Shown here piece by piece: positions 1 through 12,139 of a DNA stretch of 51,766 bases. Position 1 is the first letter of the stretch. Every line of letters starts with the position of its first letter. A program made the translations under genes and the position numbers. The notes below the pieces were generated by a model that saw only the letters and a list, made by a program, of their open reading frames with translations, made no database searches and had not been told where the DNA came from. This DNA comes from Callorhinchus milii (taxonomy: Eukaryota), in contig NW_024705359.1 in NCBI RefSeq assembly GCF_018977255.1, positions 1 to 51,766 on the forward strand. Direction: 5' to 3'.

Positions 1-1840
1 ACTTTCTACTCATCGCCTGTACCACTTTTCTTCAGCATCTCTCTTGCTGTTCACCCTGCCATGTTCTCGCACTTCCCTGTTCTTCACTGTACTATACTCA
101 CTTTCTAATCATCGCCTGTACCACTTTTCTTCAGCATCTCTCTTGCTGTTCACCCTGCCATGTTCTCACACTTCCCTGTACTTACACATCCTGTGCTCAG
201 ACTTCTTGTGTTCTGCCCTCTGTGCACACGCCCACGGGTTCTGACCCTGCAGGTGCTCACTCCCACTCTATGCACACACGTCTTTTGCTGAACCCCTATT
301 GATCTCACACCCCGTCTGCTCAACCCTGCTTCTCACCGCCTTGTGACCTCCTCTGCTTTCGACCCTGTGCTGCTCCCCCTTGTGCTTATCCTCCTGGGCT
401 TCCCACCATGTGTTTACAACCCATATGACTCTCCCTCATTTACCTCTCCTGTGGTCCACTCTGCCCTTTGATTACCTCCGGTTTAATCACCATTCGACTT
501 GACTTCATCCCCTATGCACTCCGCCTGCGCTCACCTCCCCAACGCTTGTAGTTAATCCTCCCCTTGTGCTCTTAACCTCCGCGCTGTTACCACCCCCTGT
601 GCTCAACCCCACTATGACTAAATTCCCTCTTTAGAAACCCAAGGCTCACATTCCCTCTGTGTTACGCCACAACGGGCTCTGCTCCCCGCTTGTTCATCCC
701 CACCACTGCTCGCCATTGCGTGAACTTCCCCAGGTATTGCCCTCCAAGTGCTCCCCCTCTGCTCATCCCATCCTTGTCCTCACCGATGTGCTCAATACCG
801 CTGTTTTTATCCTCATATGCAACCCCCGGTTATCACCAACTGTGCTTCCCAAATTATTTGAACCAGGTCCGTAAGAGCCTCCAATTCCCATGCTCTAAAT
901 CCCGCTGTGCTCATCGCACTCATGCACACCCAATCGCCCGGGCTCTCCCTGCATGTTTACTCATCACTCTGTACTCTGCCCAACTGCACTCAACACACTT
1001 TGCACTCCAACACTGTACTCACCCGCCACTCCCGACCCCTTTCGTACTCCCCCTTCCCAGTGTTTAGACCCGGTGCTCACCTTCCTTTTGTTCAGCCCCT
1101 GTGCTCAAACCCACATGGGCTCACTCCCCTGCTGTGCACAACCTCCGTGTGCTTATTCCACTGTACTCGCCCAACCTATACTCAACTCCGCTTCATGCTA
1201 CACTCTCCGTGTGCTCAGTACATCCATTGTCTGCCCTACTGTGCTCACCCTCAATGCGTTCAGATGCTGACATCATTATCCCTTGAGCTCAACTTCTCCT
1301 CAGCCCTGCTTTGCTCACCATGCTCCACGTGCACACCACTGTGCTCGCACCCTGTGCCCCCGTGTGCTCTCCGATGAGCTTACCGCATGTACTCCCCACC
1401 CTGTGCAACCCTGTTCTCCAAATCCTCTGCTCATTCCCCCACTGCGCTCAACGAACCATGCTTACCCCATACTTATAGCCCTCTCATCACCACACAATTT
1501 TCTCGGCCCTTTGTGCTAACCCCAAACCCCGTGTGCCTATTCCCCCTGTGCTCAATATTCCCTGAGCGCAAATCTCTGCGCTAACGCTCCAAGTATTCAA
1601 CCCTATAGTTACCCACTGTCCTACACCACCATGTGCTGACACTCTGCCATCAATGGCGCTGCTCACAACCTGTGCTGCCCTGCCATGTGTTCACGCACTG
1701 CGCTCACCCACTCTGTGCTTACGCACCATGTACTCCTTTCCACTTTACGCACTTGCTTGTGCTCACCCACAGTGCTCAGCGCCCCGTCGAGACCTCCTAA
1801 CCATCCCCTTGCTCACACTTGCCCACACCGCAAGCACGAG
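1..1840. repeat. Degenerate C-rich tandem repeat (core CCCTGTGCTCA); includes a ~80-bp direct repeat at 1-80/100-179
   Basis: ctgtgctc/cctgtgct recurs every ~15-25 nt with strong C/T bias on the + strand; the ORFs here are low-complexity. Confidence 0.85.
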
Positions 1841-2058
1841 GTTATTGTAAAAGAAAGACTTATTTAACTGAGCAAATGACGCCGACATCGTATGTTTTGG
1901 ATTTGAAAAATTGATCACAGTGCTAGGAGCGCAACCACTCCACTCAGGTTCAATAATAAACTAACATATTATGGGATACAAACTTTAACAGTGTTCCTCG
2001 ATCGGTAGTTTACCGAAAACATGAGAAAAGAAAAATGATCGAAGACTGAAATATTTAC

Positions 2059-2385
2059 CTGAACAGATGACGCCGGCATCATAGGTGTGTGGCCAGGAAT
2101 AGCCACCACCTCAGGGCTGTGACTGACAATGCCTCAGAATAGACTCACTCCCTCTGCAACGAACATCCCACGTCACAACGGGACCTGAGCCTTCGCCAAA
2201 GTGAGCGTCTCCTGATGCTGACAGCGCGGCTCCACAGCCCAACTCCTTACACACCACAGCCGCGTCCGCCATATCCCAACCATAGTCACCAGAGCCAAAG
2301 CCATCCACTGTGCCCCATTGTCCATTGTGGTAGACCTCCACTCTCCCGGCACACGCGCTGCCGCCATTCACCAGCCTCAAACCAT
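2059..2385 (-). pseudogene. SRCR domain exon, paralog of domain 1 of the + strand receptor, with in-frame TGA
   Basis: Minus strand ttttggcAG|ATGGTTTGAGG...TGTTCAG|GTaaat, 327 nt, phase 1-1. Translates [27 protein letters not shown]...CQSQP*GGGYSWPHTYDAGVICS. TGA at 2111-2113 sits where the paralogs have TGG (Trp). Confidence 0.88.
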
Positions 2386-3129
2386 CTGCCAAAAGAAAAA
2401 AAACATCTGCCTCACAAACACTGTAAGACATCCCACAGTGTATTGACCGTAATTCAGAATAATACAGTACAAGGTGCATGTCACCTTGGGAGGGTTTCTG
2501 GACGGTAAACAATACAAGAAAAATAATAATCATTATAATAGCTTCAATGACTGTTAGCTACATGCAGTCCAAAACCCGGGTATCAGCAGTAATATTAACA
2601 ATTTATTCCACCGCTAGATATAACGGTTGCAGCTCCGTTAGGAACAGAAGAATAAAGCTTTTATGTTATTATACTTAACATTTTAATATTATGCTTTATA
2701 TAAAATTATTATAATTTATTTAAAGATAGGAGATTCCCCAAAAACTATGGCAATGGTTTACTGCTTTGCTACAGATTACATTAATGTGCATGTGTTAGTG
2801 AAAGAATAATATGTAATATTTCTCTGTTGCTAATTCATTGCGGAATATTATCCACACATCATACTTTCGGGCTTCATTAAATATATTTATGTGCAGCTCA
2901 TCAAGCATAGGCATTGCCCACGACTCTGAAACAAACAAGACCTTCACGAAGAGGTAAAATTCGTTCTACAACAATTGTTTACAGCGCTTTGGCAGATACA
3001 CAGATGCAGATATTGTTGTTTTATGATTGCATTAATATATCGCTTTTGCTTGCTTGAATGTATGTGTATGTGTGTATGGGCGTGTGGGGGAGGTGCGGCC
3101 GTATATAATGCACCATCACACACAACACT

Positions 3130-3965
3130 AATGAACCCAGGCACAGACACGAGCAAAACCTCAACTCCGGCCAAAGCACATCGCCCCGAGGACACAGCCC
3201 ACACCCACAGCGCCAGAGCACAGCCACACCCCAAGGCACAGACCCCATCGACAGTGCACAGTCGCAACAATACAAAAGAGAAGGCCTCCCCTATGGCACT
3301 GCAACCGTGCACAGGGAATAACTAAACCCCCAGGGTACACAGAACCCACACAGGAAATCCCCACCCCAGGTAAAGGCAGATCCATACAAAGACCGCTCTC
3401 CCTGGAACAAACCCCTCCCACGTAACAGCAACTACTCCCACCGCCGATAGCTGCTTCTCAGGCACATCGGTACCCTCCTCCGGCACAGCGCTCTTTCCCC
3501 TGCACTACCAACGAGGGCACAGCTTCCCCACTAGGTACAGCGATCTTCAACCCCTGAAGAAACCCCACACCTGCCCCCCGGTAGAGCCCTCACAGACAAA
3601 ACAAACACAGGGCCCACCGACCTCTCCCCACTGTACAGTCCCCACCACAGCTTCATGCCTAATCCTGGTCACAAGCTCCAACAATGGTACAGCCCCCACA
3701 GGAACATCCACCCACCCAGGGTACAGAGACACCTCAGAGGAAAGTCCCTCCACAGAGCATCCAATCCGACAGAGTTCGATGGATAGACAGCCGAACTCCA
3801 AAGTTACAGCCCCTCTACCAGTGACAGACCATCCCCATGGCACAGTACGCCACTGCCACAATCCCGCACCGACACAGCCATCTCCCGGAAACAGCTGCTG
3901 CCCCATAGCACATCTGCCAATCAAGGTACAGCCTCCTCAACGTGCACAGCCTCCTCCAGGGCAAA
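3130..3965. repeat. Degenerate ~20-bp tandem repeat (core GGCACAG/GGTACAG)
   Basis: ggcacag/ggtacag/gacacag motif recurs regularly in a C/A-rich context. Confidence 0.7.
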
Positions 3966-3979
3966 AGTCCTCCACTCCC

Positions 3980-5150
3980 TTTTGCACAAACCCCTTGTGT
4001 CCTTACTCATCCTGTGTAAAACAAACCTTTGCTTACCCAACCTGTTTACTCCTCCATCGGCTCACACCTCTGTGCTCCCACCCATACTTACCCCATACAC
4101 CCCGCGTCTGCACAAACCCCAGGTGCTCCCCGTATATTCGTACAACCCCCGTGCTCCCCATGTGCTTACCCAAAATTTTCCTCGTGAATCACTGTACTCT
4201 TCACTCCTGTTATCATCCTCTACTTGTGCTCACACCTGTTGTCAAGCCCTATGCTCATCACGTGCGCTCACTCCCTCTGCTCCTCCAATCCTGACAACCC
4301 GATGTGCTCCACGTTGTGCTCAGTCCCCTGAGCTCAAAACTTCGGTTCTCAGCAACTGTGGGCCCAATCTCCCAATGTGCTGCCGCCAGTTCCGCGTCCA
4401 TCTTACCACCCTTGTTTAACCAAACCACCGTGATCACCACCTTCCCTGTGCTCATCCCCTCCTCTGCTCAGCTCACGGTACACACGTCATCGACCTCAAC
4501 TCCCCTGTTGTCACCACTTGCTGAACACCAAATCCCCTGTGCTCAGCAAACTTGCTCTGTGCTCATTCTCATCACGTGTGCTGAATCGCCCTTTGAACGA
4601 CACACCTGTTCTCAACACATATGTTACCCTGCATGTGCTCAGCCCCTTGTGCTCACTTATACTCAACTCAATACTCCGTACTCGGCCCTTTGTTCTCTTC
4701 CCCGCATGTGCTCTCACCATTTGCTCACCCTTTGTGATCCATCCCTGAGCTGCCCGATGTAATTAACGACCCTGTGTTCAACCACTTCCTGTTCTAAAAC
4801 CCCCGGTGCTTACCTCAACCGTGCTTGTTACAAACCCCGTGTTCACCACCGGGCCCAACGCTCATCCACCGTATACTAATCCATCCTATATGCTCACTCC
4901 TACTGTGCTCACCGCATTGTCTTCTATCCCTCGTTCCTGCCTTTGTGCTGACCACGTCCCAACTGTTCTCACACAACTCCGTGTGCTCAACGCCCCCTGT
5001 GATGATACCAAATATGCTCAACTCCTATGCTTCACCTCCATATATTTAGTCCCTGTGCTCACCCACCCTGTACTCTCCCCCCTACACTCTTCACCTTGTG
5101 TTCGTCCCCTGCGCTCAGCCGCCTGTGCTCACCCCACCAAACGACCCTCT
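3980..5150. repeat. Second block of the CCTGTGCTCA degenerate repeat
   Basis: Same motif as 1-1840, in the same position relative to the adjacent SRCR exon. Confidence 0.8.
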
Positions 5151-5404
5151 CGTAAAACGACCTGATGATGAGCGACAGATTTGTGAAACTGAGCAGATGA
5201 CGACGAGAGCATAAGAGTGCGACCCGCATTAATGTCTCCAGGGCCATGAGCGTGAAACCTCTCCTTACCACCAAACCCTCCACCCCAGATTCAATAATAA
5301 TACACTGATATACTGTGTGTTACCAACTTTTATCAGAATTTCCCTAATTGTGGTTTAAAGAAAACATGAGAAATTAAAAAATGATCAGAAAATGAATTAA
5401 TTAC

Positions 5405-5605
5405 CTGAGCAGATGACGCCGGCCTCAGAGGAGTGTGACCAGGAATAGTGACCCCAGGTCCCTGAGTAACAATATCTAAGGGCAGACTCACTCCCTCTGC
5501 ACCGAACATTGTACGTCACAACAGGACCTGAGCCCTTCCCAAAGTGAGTGCCTCCTGATGCTGACAGTGCGGCTCCACAGCCCAACTCCTTACACTCCAC
5601 AGCCG
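5405..5605 (-). pseudogene. 5'-truncated SRCR domain-1-type exon
   Basis: Encodes [66 protein letters not shown] with an intact donor (TCAG|GTaatt at 5404). Similarity to the paralogs stops abruptly at 5605 and the N-terminal ~40 codons and acceptor are missing. Confidence 0.85.
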
Positions 5606-6044
5606 AAACGTTGACTCTCTTTGCTTTCGCGTTAGATGTTGCCTGACATGCTGACTGTTCCCAGCGACTTCTGACATTTATTTTCTGAGCAAAGGCCGTA
5701 TGTGTTTCTGTTTCTCTTTCGAGGCTTGGGGAAGCGATTTGCTGACAACGCATAACCTAAGAAATTTATGTTTAACAGACTGGGCAGATTGTGTCTCTAT
5801 TTCTGTATGAAGTGTGCTTACTGGTTGTTGTTTTTCCTCGTAGCTCCTGTCCCTTTACCCAACAATAACAACTTGCATTTTGACATCTTGCATTTGTACA
5901 GCAATAAATATACTTTAATGAGGGAAAGCATGGAAATGACTCTCTCTCCTCACTGTCCCCTTTCTCCTTTCTCCGCTTTTGCACTCGCCCCTCCTGCCTA
6001 TCCCACACCAAAACAGAATTAAGGGGCTTGGAGGACAAAGACAA

Positions 6045-6265
6045 CTAAGGTGATCGAACGCAAGATCATAGGGAAGAGTGTTCAGATATATTTTGAAGGA
6101 AGCAAGGAAAGGGTGAGGTAGGGGTACTGCAGAATGTAGTCCCATTGGATGGTTAGTGAGTGGCTAAATGCTCGTCCTTCAATGGTGGGGATGTGAGGTG
6201 GGAGACATGAATCAGGCTGGAGTCCGCTGAGCTGAGGGTACCGGGCAGATTGGTGAGGCGTTAGG
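6045..6265 (-). mobile_element. L2-clade LINE 3' fragment
   Basis: Minus translation PTIEGRAFSHSLTIQWD...SLLPSK resembles the L2 ORF2 C-terminus (GxRAFS..W). Confidence 0.6.
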
Positions 6266-6267
6266 AG

Positions 6268-6482
6268 GCATTTGTGGGCCAAATGCGGTAGGTAATTGCA
6301 CATAGCAGTGTCCTACAAACAGTCGGGGATTGAAAATGACCAATTTATTATTGTTTTGTTCAGAAGAGATTATTATTAGGCGTGTAGTGTAGAACTTGCC
6401 CAAGGGTTCGGCTTGCCTGGAATAGGACCAAAGTGTCTCGCTTGCAAGGCTATTGCTCTAACCGCAGAGATACAGAACCCCA
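6268..6482 (-). mobile_element. tRNA-derived SINE, 5' portion, diverged
   Basis: Reverse complement aligns to the head and body of the SINE at 38588. Confidence 0.75.
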
Positions 6483-6530
6483 CTTAACGGTACATTCCCA
6501 CAAATATTCTTGGATGGAAACTGTACTCAC

Positions 6531-6770
6531 CGAAAATAAGAAACCATGATTCCATTTCGAGAATGTGGAGGCGCTCGAGTCAAGTAGAGAACCTGGCGGC
6601 TTGTGCTTGTGTCCGACGTGGAGGGATCTCTGCAGACTTAAATCATACGGAGTAATTCTCAGGAGAAGCTATTGATAGTGTCACCCTGCTCTGTGATCAT
6701 CAAACATCCACTTCTCTGTAACACTTACATCCAAAGCTGTTGTGACTCGCACATTGAGGAACAGTCTGAC
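6531..6770 (-). other. Two candidate small exons (about 6770-6729 and 6629-6531), possibly 5' exons of the minus-strand SRCR locus
   Basis: Minus strand GGAT|GTAAGT donor at 6728, 99-nt intron, ctgcAG acceptor at 6630, 99-nt exon, TTCG|GTGAGT donor at 6530; no recognisable protein homology. Confidence 0.3.
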
Positions 6771-7409
6771 ACACACACACACAAACAGGAGCTGTGATAG
6801 ACACACACACAAACACACATTCAGAGAGGAACACGAACTGTGACTAACAGATGTATATTTAGCGACGCTTAGAGATAGAATTAGAGACTCAGACTCTCTC
6901 TCTCTCTCTCTCTCTGTAGAACGAATACGACATGTGATGTCCTTCACAGGAATTGTTGCACTCAAACCGCCAGCGTGAAGCTAATTCTCAGAAACTGCAG
7001 AATGTTATTTTAGTGCTGTGAGTAAAGCTCCGATTGGGAGCTGTGAACTGACCTGGACACCCAGCTCTGAGTATTGTGTAGAATGAAGAAGTGGGTGCTT
7101 CCTGTTGTCACATTGTACACTTCTCCATTGCTGTGTGCACAATTCTGCGTATTTGTGTTCCTCTGCAAATACACAATTACAGCATATTACATTGATTCGC
7201 GTGAAAAATTATGGAAGGATTGCATGCAGCAATGAATCCTGGTGTCAAATGTAACAGTACATAGACAGGAGAAACCACACATTTACGCTCTCAGTTTAGC
7301 CTCTTTGGCGTATTTCCTACTTCTTTTCACTTGCTCACATTTTATCTTTTCTTGCGACATCCTTCTTTCCTTCCCCGCAGTATTTCAGGGCATTGATTGC
7401 TGATTAATG

Positions 7410-7916
7410 CCATGCGTAGATCACCGTAGATTTATTGGGTTATGACCAGAGATGAAGGGGATAAGTTACGAGCGTAGGCTCACCAATTTGGGACTATATT
7501 CTCTAGAATAAAGAAGAATATGAGGGGAGCTTATAGAATCCTATAAGATCATCAAAGGGCATGATAGAGTAGATAGTGGGATATTGTTTCCCCGGTTGGA
7601 TAAACTAAAACCAGAGGTCACATCCTTAAAATCAGAGGCCAGCCCTTTCGCACTGAGTTGGGGAAGAACTTCTTCACTCAAAGGGTGGTGAATGAATGGA
7701 ACTCATTACCCCAAAGGGCTGTTAACGCTCAGTCATTGAACACATTCAAGACTGAGATAGATAGATTTCTTATTGTAAAAGGGATTAAGGGACATGGGGA
7801 CAAGGCAGGTTCAGGTTATTAGCTGGAGTTAGATTAGAAGATCAGCGATGATTGAATGGCGGGGCAGGCTCGAAGGTGCTAATGGCCTAGTGCCGCTCCT
7901 ACATGTTGTGTTATGT
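7410..7916 (+). mobile_element. CR1-clade LINE 3' end (degenerate ORF2 C-terminus and 3' UTR)
   Basis: Frame-broken SYERRL..LGLYSLE..R..RG.LIE.YKIIKG.DRVD and FFTQRVVNEWNSLP motifs, then GATCAGC.ATGATTGAATGGCGGGGCAGGCTCGAAGG and a TATGT-type tail. Confidence 0.9.
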
Positions 7917-8184
7917 CTCCATCCATCTGTTACACTCACAATATCTGTCACACACACACTGTTTCTCTCAGATTCCCAGTGTCTCTCAATCTGTGAATAT
8001 CAAAGCTTCTTTAACACACAAACTGTGACTCTCAAACACTCTCTGTCTCTCTCACAATCCCAAGCAGAATCTCCCTCTATATCTCTCAAACACTCGCACA
8101 AACTCCCCATAATGTTCCCTCACACCATAGGTCTGTCTTACAATCTCTCTCTCTGTCTCCCTCTCTCTCTCTCTAGATATACAT

Positions 8185-11100
8185 ATACAGACCAGATCAA
8201 TTTAAGGCGTATGCAAGGGTCAATATTGGATATTTTGTAAATGACAAAAGATGATGTGTAGTTGAACCACTGTCATGGCGTTAGCTTTGCAACTTTGCCG
8301 GATATGAAGCACAAACCGCACAGCACCTCCCAGCGAAATGATCTCAAACATTTAATTGAAAAAGGAAAAACAACTAAACGGAACAACATAATTTCTTTAG
8401 CGGTGTTTTGTATCTGTATTTGTCTGGACAGTAAACTAGTCTGAAGTCTCATATCTACCCTCCTGGCTGGTCCCTACAGCTCTATAATGCACAGTATACG
8501 CTTAATTGAGAGTTATCAGCCCTGCTGTCTTGTCAGCTTTTGACATATTACAATCAGATAAGGAAGCCAGTCTCCACTCTGCAACACCTCGGTTGACCAC
8601 TTACACTGCAAATATCTCTGTCTTCCAAGCTGCAACTTTAATAAAATATAATTCAACTGACATTTCTATAGTGACCTTCACTTCAGAATTGCTGCTGTTT
8701 GTGAAAATTAATGTAATTCATGTGAAGTTTGATGGTAACATTGCTCACAATCTCAGTAGCACTAACAAACATTATTTCTCTCACACACTCTCTCACACAA
8801 TCTCACACTGTGTACATCACCCTCTCAGCCTCATTCTCTCTATCTCCACCTGTGTCTCTGAAACCCTGAGTCCCCTACATCTGTTACTCTCTAAATATCT
8901 ATCACAAAGACATTGTGTCTCTCACACTCCCATTCTCTATCTAGCTGCTTCTCTCATCAGTCTCTGAAACACACACAATGTGATTCACACTCTCTCTCTC
9001 TCACACACGTCCGTGTTTCTCACGCACTCTCTCACACTCTGAAGCACTGTGCAGCTCAGTCCCTCTATGTCCACACTCCCAATCTCCTTCCACCTGTTTC
9101 GTTCAAATTCACTGACACACACACGCTGTATCTCTCATAATGTCTTTCTCTACCTCACAATCTCGCTCACTCTCTGTATCTCTCACACTATCTCTCTCAC
9201 CCTATGTGTCTTACACACTGTCAGTCAGTCTTTCAAATTGTGTGTCTCAGAATCTTACTCTCTCTCCGACTGTCTATTTTTGGCTCTAAGATGAGACGAT
9301 AAATTGAGGTTCAGTTTGTGCTGTCTCGAAGACAAATATTAAAGATACCGAAACGCCAATGGGAAATGAGACGGGAGTTTCTCCAGGTGTTATATTCCAG
9401 ACCAGTTCAATTTAATCAGTATGAAAGCGTTAATATTGGACATAGTGTCAAATGGCAAAGGCTGTTGTGCAGCTGAAACGCTTTCATGGTATTGGCTAAG
9501 CATCGTTTCCGGACATAAAGCACAAACCACAAAACGCCTCCCAGCAAAAAGTGCTAAAATGTTTAATTGCAAATGGAAAATACAACTAAACAGAGCAAAC
9601 ATGGAGCGGAAAGATAGGAGAGTTGCTCCACGTTTTAATATCCAGAGCAGCTCAATTCAAGCTGAATGAAATGGATACTATTAGACATGTTGTCAAATGG
9701 AAAAAAGCTGATGTGTCGCTGAAACTCTGCCATGGTGTTAGCTTAGCAGAGGTACCGGATATCAAGCACAAACTAAACAAATCGCCCTCCAAAAAGTGCT
9801 CAAACGTTCAAATGCAAAAGGAAAAGAGAAAACAGAAATACAAAATTTCTTCAGCGCAATTTTTTCTCGATATGTCTATGGACAGTAAACACAATTCGAA
9901 TCTCAAATCTGCTTTTTAATAATATTAGTAACGATTTATTTCTGACACGATGTTATTCGGAATGAAAATGCATTGATGCCAGAAAATTAGAAGTCAGCAC
10001 ATCCAACGCACAATTTTGATCAGAAAAAATTGGAAAACGGGTCAACAGCAGCATTGTTTTCTTTCCCACATTCATTGATAATCAGGACCACTTTTTTCTA
10101 ACTCTGCCACATTACCTGCCCCAATCCACACATCACATTCACAGCAGCCGAAACACTCACTGCCGACGGGAAGATTCCATTGACCTTCTTTCTCTTCTCG
10201 CCAGCAACACAATACACTTTATTCGATTAATTGATAGTTCTCCAGACCTGCTGTCTTGTCTGCTTTTAAAAACACTACAATCATATAGGGAAGCTGCTCT
10301 CCAGCCTGCAAAACATCGCGTGACCACAGCTGGAGCTAATATATCCATCTTTCAATGTGCAAGTTTAATAAAACATAAAACAAATTACATTTGTGTCGGG
10401 CTGTCACGTCGGAAGATTAGATTTTTTGTGCAAATGAGTGTAATTCAAGTGAAATTCGATGGCAGCATTGCTCACACTCTCAGTCTCTCTCACACACAAA
10501 CACTGTGACTCTCGCATTCTCTCGCACACTCTGAAGCACTGTGTCGCTCAAACTCTCAGTCCGTCTATCTCCTTATGTGTCTCTTACACTCTCAGTCTCC
10601 CTCCCTATGTTTCTCTCAAAGTCTGTATCACACACACACACCTTTTCTCTCACATTCTCATTCTCTATCCACCAGTCTATCAAATTCTCTGTCAAACAAA
10701 ATGTGTCTCTCTGTCACTCTCCCAATCTCCCTCTCCCTCTCTATCTCTCACACTACCACTCTCAATCTCCCTCTATGTGTCTCTCACACTGTAGATCTCT
10801 CGCAATCTTAGTCGCTCTCACTCAAACTTACCGTCTGGTTATCGTAGGCTTTAAAATGAGAGGTTCAACTGACCTTCATTTGTGTTGTGTTGAAGACAAG
10901 TGTTGAGAATCCGAGACGTTATCAGGAAGTGAAAAGGGATTTTCTCCAATTGTTATATTCCAGAGTAGCTCAATTTAAGTTGTACGAAAGGGTTAATATT
11001 GAACATGATTTCAAATGGCAAAAGCTGATGCGTCGCTGAACCACTTTCATGATGTTAGCTTAGAAGCTTCTCTCACACTCTGCCTCTCTCTCTCTCACAC

Positions 11101-11600
11101 TCTCAAAGCTCTCGCTCTCCTTTTGTGTCTCTGAAGCTCTCTCTCTCTCTCTCGCTCTCTGTATCTCTCACACTATCTTTCTCTCTTACGCCCATTGTCT
11201 CCCACATTCTTAGTCTCTCTTTCTCTCTATTTCTCGCTGTGGATCTAAGACGCAGTGATAAACTCAGGTCTTGTTTGTGCCGTGTTCAGGACAGACGTTA
11301 AAGATCCTGTGATGCTATTTGGGAAAAAGAAGAGATTTTCTCCTGGTATTAGAGCCCACATCAGCTCAATATTTTACATATTATGAAGCGGTAATGGTTG
11401 ATATGTAGGTGTACTCTGTCATGGTGTCACCTCAACAGCATTATCGGATATAAAGCACAAACCACACAAACACTTCATGCGAAAAGGGCTCAAACATTTA
11501 ACTGTAAAAGCGAGAAAAACAGCTCAACTCAACAGCAGAATAACTATAAAGGGATGTTGTATCTACATTTTTCTTGACAGAAAGCGCTTTAAGCTTCCAA
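8185..11600. repeat. Complex local tandem duplication (modules repeated 2-5x, interleaved with TC/CA-rich simple repeats and Deu-domain SINE remnants)
   Basis: Module CAGCTCAATTTAA..GTCAAATGGCAAAAGCTGATG..CATGGTGTTAGC at ~8190, 9400, 9645, 10962, 11361. Module CCTGCTGTCTTGTC..GACCAC at ~8520 and 10247. GATGAGACG..AAAGATCC..TTTCTCC (Deu-domain-like) at ~9290, 10855, 11245. Confidence 0.8.
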
Positions 11601-12139
11601 TTTACTGTTTAACAATAATAGTAATCTTTGCTTTGGATGTTGCGCCTTATTATAGAAGTCTCAAAGTGCTTCACATGTTAGACTGTAAAAAGTTAATTGA
11701 CTGTGTATTTTCAAGGGCGCTATATCAAATGCAAGGACTATTATTATTATTTTAAAAACAAATCGCATTGACACAGGAGTTCACTGTGTGTTCAGTGTTT
11801 TTTTGACACTGTATTATTCAGAAGATGATATCATTATTTGGTTCATGTTTATTATGATTTTATATAGTTCATTGTGTTCTATGTACTATACAATTCCAGA
11901 TTCCTCCATTGCGAAGCCCTGGGAAGTCGCGCTATGTGTAGTCCGCTGTATAAACGCAACTGTTTTTGTTGTTTATGGAAATTAATAATCGAAATAATAA
12001 AACAATAAAAATGGGAAGGAGAATATGAACTTATACCGCACCCTGTCTCCACACTGGGCACCGTATCAGTGCGTAATAGTGGCGGACACTAACTCCGAGC
12101 CGGGGAAATAATAGCAATATTAATCAGAATATTAGATGG

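Noticed and set aside
2111..2113. In-frame TGA as selenocysteine
   Set aside because: It aligns to a conserved Trp (TGG), not Cys, and I saw no evidence for a SECIS element
44..5283. Many Cys/Pro/His/Leu-rich ORFs
   Set aside because: Translations of low-complexity repeats, apart from the SRCR exon
10160..10204. Minus-strand GTGAGT donor preceded by ATGGAATC
   Set aside because: No clear acceptor or signal-peptide character, and the phase is incompatible with the SRCR exons
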